A DNA stretch of 64,000 nt from Octopus vulgaris (lineage: Eukaryota), in the NCBI GenBank assembly GCA_951406725.2, contig OX597838.1, forward strand, positions 45,198,001-45,262,000, in the 5' to 3' direction. Position numbers and translations under genes: made by a program. Below are positions 14,201 through 25,904 of the stretch, in pieces. The notes beneath the pieces were generated by a model, which saw only the letters and a list, made by a program, of their open reading frames with translations, was not told where the DNA came from and made no database searches. Numbering within the stretch: the first letter of the stretch is position 1; every line of letters begins with the position of its first letter.

Positions 14201-15076
14201 CAATGATATGCTTCGACTGCAGCATTAGAGCATTTTAGCTCATACCTCTAGTAACGTGGGTGTTTCTTACACCCTTAGTCATATCTAATGACAATTATAG
14301 TTTTCTTTTTTGGAACAACTTTGCATGCTGCTGTCTGTATTTATTGTATATATGTACATCAACCCAATCCACTCACAATGCTTTGGTCGGCCCTGGGCGA
14401 TACTTGCCAAAGTTGCCACACAATGGGGACTGAAACCGGAATCCTTTGGTTGGGAAGCAAGCTTCTTATTTTTATTTCTTTATTGCCCAAAAGCGGCTAA
14501 ACAAAGAGGGGACAAACAAGGACAGACAAAGGGATTAAGTCGAGTAGATCGACCCCAGTGTGTAACTGGTACTGAATTTATCACAACCACATATTGTTTA
14601 TGTATTCTTGAGAAATTCTAAATTTTGAAATATGCAAAACTACAATATTAAACAAATGTAGCAAACTAATTTCTTGTCTGTTTTCACGAACATACATCTT
14701 CAGAAAACAGTATTACACCATTTTTATCGTTAAATGATAAAAACCCCTTCTTGTTAATTTCGTTCTTTTTTTTTGCCTCACAATCGAAATCTATTTAACA
14801 TTTTAAATATCACAAGAGCGTTGCAGAGGCTTCCTATTTAAAAACACTCTTCACGCCTATTCAGAGTAATTTACCGATAGAGAGAGACACAGAACATAGA
14901 TTTGATTTAGTTGCTTTAACGACTCGTTTACACAAAAACCACATAATTGCATGGAAATGTCAAAAGAAATTGATTATCATTGTTAGCGCGTTTACACACA
15001 CACATTGCGCATGCATACGGATAGACATGCGCAAGCACGGGTTATTATCATACAGAAATCAAAATCTCAAACAACG

Positions 15077-15479
15077 GCATAAACGTTAGCACGCCGGGCG
15101 AAATGCGTAGCCGTATTTCGTCTGTCGTTACGTTGTGAGTTCAAATTCCGCCGAGGTCGACTTTACCTTTCATCCTTTTGGGATCCATAAATTAAGTACC
15201 ATTTACGCACTGGGGTCGATGTAATCGACTTAATCCGTTTGTCTGTCCTTGTTTGTCCCCTCTATGTTTAACCCCTTGTGGTTAATAAAGAAATAGGTAT
15301 TTCATCTGCCGCTACGTTCTGAGTTCAAATTCGGCCGAGGTCGACTTTGCCTTTCATCCTTTCGGGGTCGATTAAATAAGTACCAGTTACGCACTGGGTC
15401 GATATAATTGACTTAATCATTTTGTCTGTCCTTGTTTGTCCTCTCTGTGTTTAGCCCCTTGTGGGTAGTAAAGAAATAG
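15077..15479 (+). mobile_element. Tandem dimer of SINE family A
   Basis: Two consecutive copies (about 15077-15298 and 15296-15479) of the 9404 element. The second lacks the head. Confidence 0.85.
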
Positions 15480-16045
15480 ATATATTTTATATACCATTTA
15501 AGAGAAAAAATTAAGCATAACTACTAAATTGTGATTATATTTTTTAACGAATAATTACTGTTTTATATATAAAAGGAGATACAGACCCTTGTGCATTATT
15601 GGCCGAGTTTCATGGCTAATGTAAATATGTAATATACAGATACGCACACGCACACACAGATACTCACATAAACTCAGACACAGTGAAAGACTTAAACCTG
15701 AATATATTTCTAGTACAGGACCCGTGTGAAATAATGGTATTTTATTATTTGCAGAATAAATTTTCCAAACAATTCTTGCACAAACAGTTTGCAGTTACAT
15801 ACGTGCACACACACACACATATGCACAAACACGGACACATACATCCACACATACATACACTCAAACACACACAGATGCACGCATATATACATGTGTGTGT
15901 GTGTGTGTGTGTGTGAGGGCGCATCACACAACGTCATGTTGATGGAGAAAGTGAGCTAATGTGCAGCACAGACATTTGATCACAATAAACAAATCATTTG
16001 TGCAGAGCGTTCGGCAATAGCTGAACGCTCATACATCGTCTTCAT

Positions 16046-16583
16046 CGTATACATATATATATATTATGTGAAATAGAAAGATGAATAATCTTGTAGTAGA
16101 TTAATCAAAAGTTTAACCGATACCTTGGTAGCAATGTTTTCTACCCCTACGCCAGCACACACATATATAGAACAGTATACACACTCACGTCTCTAAGTAG
16201 ATTTTTTCTCGCCCCTTATAAAACATCCAATATTCCTTAAATAGTCAGAACTTTATTCTCGGTCACAAAGAACATCTACACACCCTCACCCACATGATTG
16301 ACCGATGCCTGACCCGTTAAATTCTTCAGCCACCGGTTCTCAACATACACTGATAAACAGTTTCGCCATGGGCTCTTAGGAGCCTAGTTCGATTTGTTTT
16401 TGCTCCGCCTCTGTTCTGTTTTTGTTTTTTCCAACGGATTTCCTATTTCTTCCTGAAGAGAAAGACACAATATGGTCCCATTATTCAATCGGATTTTGGT
16501 AAATTGTGCCTTTCGAAACACGTGTAGAATGAAATAAAACGATTTCTGTTCAATCTGCGTTCAGCTCCATTTCTTCAATTCAC

Positions 16584-16590
<7 letters not shown>
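16046..16590 (+). mobile_element. Non-coding PLE-type insert with an inverted 3'-end copy at its 5' side and an intact HHR
   Basis: 16068-16135 is the reverse complement of the 3810-3878 tail, and 16410-16590 is homologous to 3541-3725. (TA)n flanks both sides. Confidence 0.7.
16450..16529 (+). ncRNA. Type I hammerhead ribozyme motif, intact core
   Basis: ttc-CTGAAGA-GAAAGaCACAAT...ATTGTGcCTTTC-GAAA-CACGTG-TA-gaa, with palindromic stem III (ACACGTGT). Confidence 0.8.
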
Positions 16591-16635
<45 letters not shown>

Positions 16636-16638
<3 letters not shown>

Positions 16639-17203
16639 AATGTGAGGATAAAATTCTTTTCGAAAAAGAATATTTTCTCGAAAAAAATTTTTATCAATGG
16701 CCAGCATATTAAAAAATACCTTTTATGGTTAAATTTATAAACAATTCATAAATGAGGGCAAAGGAAAAAAATTCTAATGCCAAATATGCCGAAAAATTGG
16801 ACATATTGTCCATTAACCATATCATTTTTTCACAATACGCATGCTACTCGAAAAAAGGTCGACAGAAATTTCTAAAAAATTCCATTATTACCATATCGGA
16901 CCGATTTCAGGGTTAGCTTATAACAGCCGTCCCTTCGTCAGTGATACATGTGGCAAAATAAATAAATGAGATACTTACTCATACTCATGGAAGAAGCAAA
17001 TACTAAGTCATGGGCACAACTAAGTACCCCAAATACATCCAAAATAGAAATACTCCAGCCCATTCGAGACACGTGCGATTTGAACTGAGGCTCTCACAGA
17101 GTGAGATAGTTAGTTCGGAAGTGAACGCTTAAATTTATTTCAAATGTGAGGATAAAATTCTTTTCGAAAAATAATATTTTCTCGAAAAAAAATTTTATCA
17201 ATG

Positions 17204-17207
<4 letters not shown>
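16636..17207 (-). mobile_element. Terminally redundant 504-bp non-coding HHR element (retrozyme-like or mini-PLE)
   Basis: 68-bp direct repeat at 16636-16703 and 17140-17207, one HHR, no ORF of 60 aa or more, and (TA)n on both sides. Confidence 0.75.
16893..16947 (-). ncRNA. Minimal type I hammerhead ribozyme motif
   Basis: Minus strand: gtatca-CTGACGA-AGGGacGGCTgttataAGCTaaCCCT-GAAA-TCGG-TC-cgatat. Confidence 0.8.
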
Positions 17208-17235
<28 letters not shown>

Positions 17236-18222
17236 CGAGATGGGAGGCATTAGAAATTGCTTATAGAGTTTTTAGTATCACTGAAGTCATGATAAAAACA
17301 TTTTTTATACAGACATTCCGCCGAGGTTAACTTTGCCTTTTATCCTTTCGGGGTCAATAAATTAATTACCAATTGCGTAATTGGCTCGATCTAATCGACT
17401 GGCCCACTCCCGCCAAAATTTCGGGCTTTGTGCCTAGAGTAGAAAAGATTTTTTAAACAGACAACATGAATCAGGATTTCTTATTTTTTACTTCTCATTT
17501 TCCAGATAGTCGGTCGCTTGACTGCACACTATGTGAAATTTCATTGTTTTGCTTTAGAGATAGTGGCGCGCTTGGAAGCATGCAACAGTATGCACGGTGA
17601 CTATAAAAAGTTGTCATACAAAGCTGATGATCACGTGCTCTGTGAGTGATGCATGAAGAAGTGGCCGTCCAACCATATCCCGATCAGCGGGGATTGTGGC
17701 AAGAGCGCAGGAAGTGCTTGCTCGCAGCCTGCAAAACTCAACAGGTAAAGCAGCTCCTGAAAGTGGATTCACAAGACACACAATACGTACGGTGTTGCGT
17801 TAAGAACTGAACTTTCGTCCGTGGAAACCCCATTATGTGCAGGAGCTAAAACCTGAAGTCTATGACTGCAGAATTCCAGAAGTCCAGTATTCCAAGAAGT
17901 CCACAACTCCCTGTGATTTTTACCTGTGGAGTTTACACGAAAGAGGTGGTGTCCAACGCAAAACCTCGCACACTGGAATACTTGGAGACACAAATTCAGG
18001 TTTCCAATGATATCCAAGATGACGTCCTTCAGAAGGTTATTCCATCCTTGGCCCTTTGAGGAAACTGGCTGATGCCACTGGTGCTTATGTTCAATTATGA
18101 AAATTTACTTTCATTTTCACATGTAATAAAGGACATGAATCATTGGTTTCAACAGATTTTTAAAAGTAACATGGAATTTATTACCAATTTTGAATGTCTA
18201 CTTACTTTACACCCATCCTCTG
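17236..18222 (+). mobile_element. Degraded, internally deleted Tc1/mariner-type DNA transposon with a SINE A fragment (17316-17448) inside
   Basis: Remnants resembling ELNFRPWKPHYVQELK, PRSP.L.P.DF.LWG and KPRTLEYLE..I. Confidence 0.6.
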
Positions 18223-18277
18223 AGTGCATGTGTATGTGTATATATATATATGTGTGTGTGTGTATGTATGTATGTAT

Positions 18278-18308
<31 letters not shown>

Positions 18309-18712
18309 CTCTCTTTTACTCTTTTACTTGTTTCAGTCATTTGATTGCGGCCATGCTGGAGCACCGCCTTTAATCGAGCAACTAAACCCCGGGACTTATT
18401 CTTTGTAAGCCCAGTACTTATTCTATCGGCCTCTATTGCCGAACCACTAAGTGGTGGGGACATAAACACACCAGCATCGGTTCTCAAGCGATGTTGGATG
18501 GGACAAACACAGACACACAAACATAACGGCACACATATATATAAATACAAATACACGACGGGCTTCTTTCAGTTTCCGTCTACCAAATCCACTCACGAGG
18601 CTTTGGTCGGCCCGGGGCTACAGTAGAAGACACTTGCCCAAGGTGCCACGCAGTGGGACTGGACCCGGAACCATGTGGTTGGTAAACAGGCTATTTACCA
18701 CACAGCCACTCC
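18309..18712 (-). mobile_element. tRNA-derived SINE family B (CORE-like), full length
   Basis: Minus strand: GTGGCTGTGTGGTAA head, GGCACCTTGGGCAAGTGTCTTCT, internal microsatellite and CATGGCCGCA.TCAAATGACTGAAACAAGTAAAAGAG tail. Many copies occur in the window. Confidence 0.85.
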
Positions 18713-18934
18713 AGCGACTATATATATATAGTCGAAATTTATATACAAAAAAAAAAAGACGAAGATATGTGTATGAACAACAAGGAGGGGTATTAGTTTA
18801 ATGCTCGGGAAAATGAAAAATTTTTTTTAATGTTTCGAGCCTACGCTCTTCAACAAAAAGGAATAAGAGAAAATAAACTGAGAGAATGAATATATATAAA
18901 GGTTTCACTGTAGGTGAAAGTTAAACGCAACTTT

Positions 18935-21278
18935 ACATGACAAGATCCCCAACTTCTGGTTGAAATATCTAACAGGAATGCACAAAAAGCTGGCTGAAAA
19001 CTTTAACAACATACTAGCAGAGCCAGAGACAATGCCTGAATGGCTCACGAAGGGGAAAACCATCTTAATTCTCAAATTGAATGAGACAGCAAAACCAGAA
19101 AACTACAGACCAATAACCTGTCTCCCTACAATGTACAAGGCATTTACTGCAGTGATATCGCAAAGGTTGAACAAGCACCTGGACGAAAACAACCTGTTTC
19201 CAGAAGAGCAGAAAGGAGGCCTCAAAGGCTCATATGGCTGTAAAGATCAACTAATGATTAATAAAGCCATAACTGAAGACAGCCACAGAAAGAAGAAAGG
19301 CCTCAGTATGGCCTGGATCGATTACAAAAAGGCGTTTGATAGCATCCCCCATACATGGATCCTCGAAACACTAGCCATTAACAAAGTAGCACCAACAATT
19401 ATAAAATTCATAGGACACTCTATGAATAAATGGTAAACAGTGCTACAGCTCCAAACAAAAGAGGGACTCATGAAAACCAAAGCCATCCCCATTAGAAGAG
19501 GAATATTCCAGGGAGACACGCTCTCTCCACTCCTTTTCTGCTTGGCACTGTCACCTCTATCTGATATGCTAAATAGAACTGGATGCGGATATAAATGTTA
19601 CGGCAAAACGATCAGCCACCTTTTATATATGGATGACCTAAATCTATACGCTGCAAATGACAAACAACTGGAAACACTATTAAATACAATTCATGGATTT
19701 AACAAAGAAATAGATATGAATTTTGGATTAAAGAAATGCGCCAAAGTAACCATGAAAAGCGGAAAATTAGTTAAGAGTAGCAACATCACACTAGATAAAA
19801 CCAATGAAATAAAAGAATTAGACCAAAGCAAAACTTACAAATACTTAGGAATCTATGACTAAATAAGACACAACACACACAAATGAAAGAGAAAATAAAA
19901 AAAAGAATATTATAGACGAGTTACATCAATACTAAAAACAGAGCTCAATGCTAAAAACAAGATAATAGGTATCAACACTTTAGCTGTCCCAGTTATAAGT
20001 TACAGCTACAATATCCTTAACTGGACACGAAATGAACTGACCAAAATAGATAGGAAAACAAGAAAAATAATGACAGGATCTAGGATGCATCACCCAAAAT
20101 CTGACATAGAAAGACTATATATACAACGTATAGAAAGTGGTAGAGGCCTTATACAGCTGGAAAACTACTATAAAATAACCACCATAGGACTGCAAAAATA
20201 CCTACTTCAGAAGGAAGGAAAACTGATCCAGATAGCAGCAAAACACGAGCAAAACAAAAAACTGTTCTCAGTATTTAAGGAAGCTGACAAATACAAACAA
20301 GAAATCATGCCACCTAATAAACACAAAGAAGAAGAAGATGATGAAGAAACAACAAAAACTATAAAACAAATGAAATCCAAACTAAAAATAGAACAGCAAC
20401 GAGCCATGATAAAACGATGGCAAGAAAAGCCCTTTCATGGTAAATACTGCACTAAACTAAACGCAAAAGAAATATACAAAGAAAAATCCCAGCAATGGTT
20501 GAGAAGCTCAGGACTCAAAGCAGAAACAGAGGGATTTTTAATTGCAGCACAAGACCAAAGCCTCCCCACCAGAAATTACCAAAAACATGTAATGAAAAGA
20601 AATATTACAAGTAACTGCAGAATATGTGGAGATGGACAAGAAACAATAAATCATATTATCTCTAGCTGCCCAGTCCTGGCTAAGAAGGAATATATTCACA
20701 GACATGACAGAGTTGGAACCTACATACATTGGAAGCTATGCCAACATTATGGAATAACAACAGAAAAAAGATGGTATAGGCACACACCAGAAAAGGTCAC
20801 AGAAAACGAGAAAGCAACCATACTCTGGGATATGCCGATACACACAGATAGAGAAATTAAGGCCAACAGACCAGATATAGTTGTCAGAGATCATGAAGAA
20901 AAAAATGCTTTCTAATTGATGTATCAATACCGGCAGATGACAACGTGTCTCTAAAAGAAATGGAGAAACTCTCAAAATACAAAGACCTGGAAATAGAGGT
21001 AACTAGAATGTGGAACCTGAAAACAGAAACAATTCCTATCATAGTAGGTGCATTAGGCATGATAAAAAAATATTCAGACAAATACATAACAAAAACACCA
21101 GGACTTACAAACACAAATAACATACAGAAAATTGCACTACTAGTCACTGCACACATCCTACGCAGAACACTTTCCATACAATAACTCTCAGAGCATCACA
21201 ACAAATCACAGCACATACCCAAGGCACACAGAGCTGCGCTCGGTAGTGAAGTGAAAGCACGCTATAAAAATAAAACTA

Positions 21279-21357
<79 letters not shown>
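18935..21357 (+). mobile_element. Dong/R4-type non-LTR retrotransposon (RT, CCHC, restriction-like endonuclease), 5'-truncated, with (AAT)n tail
   Basis: ENYRPITCL, WIDYKKAFDS, GIFQGDTLSP, HLLYMDDL, CRICG..ETINHIISSC, RHD, NRPDIVV and KLSKYKDL. There are few stops or frameshifts. (AAT)n at 21282-21357. Confidence 0.93.
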
Positions 21358-21360
<3 letters not shown>

Positions 21361-21596
21361 GGTAAAATTAATTAATCAATGAATAATTAATAATTGTACC
21401 AAGTAGTTCGGTATGTTAAAAGAACCATTATCGGTAACCTTATGCACAAATTCTATAATTATACGCATGATTATAATTAGGGTTCAGCAAAAATTGCATC
21501 ACCACATTTAGAAATTAGAAATAGCAATTAAATACTATTCCACTACCATAAGATATCTCTCAGACATTACAATTATAATTATGCTTAACATTATAG

Positions 21597-21659
<63 letters not shown>

Positions 21660-21661
<2 letters not shown>

Positions 21662-22850
21662 GAATAGTTAACAACCACATAGAAACAGACATCTTTTACA
21701 AATCCACAGATTCTAAACAATACCTATTATTTAACTCCTGCTACCCCAAACACATAAAAATCAACATACCCTTTAACCTAGCAAAAAGAATCTGCACCAT
21801 AGTTTCCAATACATACACTCGTGAACATTGACTCCTTGAACTTAGATCTACACTAACTAGAAGACCCTACCCAATCTCATTAGTAAATGAAGGCATCAAA
21901 AGAGCTAAGGAAATAGATATACAAAGATTAAGGAAAACTAGCCGTAATACTCAATAAGACTTAAAAATACTCCCGTACATCTCCACACATAACCCCAAAA
22001 GCAAAAAGCAACCAAAGTCACTGAAAAGAATATTAACCAGCGCTAGACTTTACCCACTAACTACTGAGCCAAAAGTGACAAAACGTGGGCGTTCTAACTG
22101 TGGAACATGGCCCCACCTTCTGGAGGGTTCAGAATTCCAATTCAAACAAGGAGAAATATTTAAGATCAAATCAAATTTCAACTGCGCTTCAACAAATGTA
22201 ATCTATGTCTTGACATGCATAGGATGTGGTAAACTCTACATTGGACAAACAGGACTTTCGCTCCGTCAAAGAATCACCATTCACAAAGAGCAAATCCGTC
22301 ACCCACAATACAGACAGTTAAAGGTGAGTGAATACATAGAAAGATGCGCCCCAAATATTCCCCTTTTACTAATGCTCACAGAACACCACAATGCAACAAA
22401 GTCTGAATAAAGAGACATTTTCATCAACAAATATCTCCCCCAACTAAATATGAACACACAACTCAATACAGAACACCACTAACTTTTCACTTGAAACCAC
22501 TAAACCCTATACACTACCTACATCACTCACATCTCTAATTCCAGAACTACTTACCTCCCTTACAAATAATCCAGAACTACTTACCTCCCTTACAAATAAT
22601 CTTTTTTCTCAGGAACTTGACACCGTATATTAACCGGTGTTGTTCAAACGATGAATAGCCTTCGCGGCGTAAACCACTGGTTCGTTTTATTCTCTTACTT
22701 TATTATCATCTTATAATCATCTCATAATAATGACCTTTATGACTCGTATTACTACTTCAGTCAATCTAAATGTATATATTTGTCACTACCTGTCATAAAC
22801 AGCCTTTTTCTATTTGCAATATGCATTTTCGTTGATTTTTCATATTTTAC

Positions 22851-22855
<5 letters not shown>
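21660..22855 (+). mobile_element. Degraded 3' part of a PLE related to the 59.5-64 kb element, with decayed HHR at about 22646-22687
   Basis: KSTDSKQYLLFNSC.PKH, NIPFNLAKRICTIVS and SNFNCASTNVIYVLTCIGCGKLYIGQT. (TA)n lies on both sides. Confidence 0.9.
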
Positions 22856-22886
<31 letters not shown>

Positions 22887-22887
22887 G

Positions 22888-23038
22888 CAGGCGTGGCTGT
22901 GGTAAAAAAGCTTTCTCCTGAACCACATGGTCATGGATTCAATCACATTGTGTGGCACCTTGGGCATGTGTTTTCTACTATAGGCTCAGGCCGACCATGT
23001 GAGTGGATTAGGTTGACGGAAACTGAAAGAACACCGTC

Positions 23039-23100
<62 letters not shown>

Positions 23101-23935
23101 TAATATGTTACATTACTCGATAGTCAAGATAAAACTCTGAGTTTCAGATGCCGAAGTGGGAATCCACGACATCTCTTCGGTTATCTGGCTATTTGAAAAC
23201 GCTATGAAAAAATATATGAATAAATGAAAGAATGGAGTCGAACTAAGATGTTAACAAAATTCCTTTACTCTCGACACATGTTTCGAAGACAGCATGTTCT
23301 CATTCCAAAGGAATAAAGGGTGCAATATGCAATCTTCTCACCAGGAAAGAAAGGGAGCCTTTCTCGACAACAAGACAAACAGAAATTTCGATGATTGCCT
23401 ACATGTGTCGAGAGTAAAGGAATTTTGTTAACATCTTCGTTCGACTCCATTCTTTCATTTATTCATATACAACAGACAAATTTCTACACATGAACCCGGA
23501 GTTTCTACCCTTGACAGGTCGCTTCAACCGTGTTTTCTGACGTGAATTTGCTACCCAGGTTTCGGTTAAACGAATTTTCCATGCTGACGATAAACATAGA
23601 ATAATTCATTCACCTACTTATATATATATATATATATATGTTTGTGTGTGTGTGTGTGTGTGTGTGCGTGTGTGTGTCTGTCTGTCTGTGTCTGTATGTG
23701 TGTGTGTGCGTGTGTGTGTGTATATATTTCTGTGTTTGTATCTGTGTTTATCCCGCCCCCACGATCTCTTGGCAACCGGTGCTGGTGTGTTATGTCCTCG
23801 TAACTTAGCGGTGAGTCAAAAGATTCTGATAGAATAAGTACTAGACTTAAAAAGAATAAGACCTGAGGTCGATTTAAACCCCTTAAGCTGGTCCTCCAGC
23901 ATGGCCGCAGTCAAATGACAAACACAAGAGAATAA
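22888..23935 (+). mobile_element. SINE family B split by an insertion in its internal (TA)n
   Basis: The head and core (22888-23040) and the tail (about 23700-23935) are separated by the 23096-23620 HHR element. Confidence 0.75.
23096..23620. mobile_element. Fold-back PLE-type insert with two decayed HHR motifs (minus strand, 23128-23185 and 23268-23349)
   Basis: Inverted arms at about 23213-23281 and 23401-23469. Minus strand CTGGTGA-GAAGA..TCTTC-GAAA-CATGTG-TC-gaga. The tail resembles 3780-3870. Confidence 0.65.
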
Positions 23936-24304
23936 AATAATATATATACATAACAAATGTAATAAATATATAAACAGGGCTAATTTAGGGTTAGTCTCTC
24001 CGTCGACTGAAAATCTGATGGGCAGCAATTATCGATTTTCGAACCTTATTCGGTTCTCTTTAGGGTTGTGTACATCACTTTCACCAAAGAAACAAGTTGT
24101 CAATCTGGAAAGACTGATGGTATTAGAGTGAGAGAACAAGTGAAGTATCATGCGTGATCTAGTAACAAAAGAATTTTACAAAAATATTGGTATTCTCTAT
24201 ATAAATACATCATTATTATTATCATCATCATCATCATCATCACCGTCTGTTGTCCATGCTACCATAGGTAGGGACCAGGGCTGATAAACGGGAAGGCTGG
24301 CACA

Positions 24305-24348
<44 letters not shown>

Positions 24349-24349
24349 T

Positions 24350-24418
<69 letters not shown>

Positions 24419-24957
24419 CGCATAAATATATTTACACGTACACAAATGCTTACATATTTACACAACGTCTATTATTCATTTTACTCTCTATTTTTCCCCA
24501 ATAAACATCACGGCCATTTTTCTCCACTAGCCTTAAATCATAAACACACTGTAAAATCAGAACATCTTCGTGAAAATACGTTTATACTAACGCTCACTTG
24601 TACAAACTTATTATTACCAAGTCACAACCACCCCCTATACCTGGTCCTCTTCTCCTGTCTTTCTGTCTTTTCTTATTTATCTCTACTCAAAAGGAAAGCT
24701 TCTATGATTGGTTTTAAGCCAAAAGCAAAGACCACATTCATAAAAGAGAGGGAGACTGTTAATTCAGCTAATTCACAGAACAAAAATACTACTTCTTCTC
24801 CCTTTTATTCTTCCTTAGATTTTTTTCTTAGCTTAATTTTCCTTTTTCCTTTTTTTCTTACTTCTTTTCTGTTCACTGATATACATTCACTCATAAACAA
24901 TCGTAAATCCGCGACATTTATCGATTTGTTTATGATTGCCGAGGCCATTTGATATAT

Positions 24958-25034
<77 letters not shown>

Positions 25035-25076
25035 CATTTACATATATACATACATGCTCACATATGCACATATGGT

Positions 25077-25135
<59 letters not shown>

Positions 25136-25873
25136 TTAGAATATATCGATACTTTTACGCAGACACATACACACACACACATACAAACAATTTGAACAGC
25201 TGAAAGATTATAGTTGGCATCTTAAAGGGTTTCGCTATATTGATCAACAAACATTCTCTTTACAACCATTTCCTGTATGATACAGCATATTTTTAGAATG
25301 TGATTATATATATATATACATACATACACTCTCCTTTGTTTTAATATGTATGTATCTATTTTGTATATTTGCGCAGTGTTTTATTTTGAGGTGTATTTTT
25401 CTTAAACATATTGCAACAGCTTTTGGTTTTGATTTCGAGTGTTTTGTTCTTGTAATTGTTGTTGTTGTTGCCTTTGTTTTCTAACGTTGCCAAAGAGAAC
25501 GCAGTCCTACGAATTAGTTCTATGGTTGTTTGATTGGAACTTATAAAGGAACGGAATTGACGAAACAACATGGGGAAAAAAAGAACTGAACTAACATAAA
25601 ACATAACGAAACCAGAATAAACATGAATAACATGAACAATAATAACAGCAACAATAACAACGATATCAAGAAGAATAACAACAACATCAGGAACAAGGAA
25701 ATGTGGTCAAACTTTTGTTTGTATGAATGACTAAAACAAAAACAGCCGAGAGGGGTGAGAGATAAAACAAAAGAAATTAATAAAAAAACTGGACAAAAAT
25801 AAACAACAGCATCAGTAGCAGCAGCAGCAGCAGCATTTAAAATATAAAGAACCATAAACATGAAGGACATCAT

Positions 25874-25875
<2 letters not shown>

Positions 25876-25904
<29 letters not shown>

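Noticed and set aside
22541-22600. 30-bp tandem duplication as a CRISPR-like repeat
   Set aside because: There are two adjacent copies with no spacer, inside a PLE 3' UTR in a eukaryotic context.
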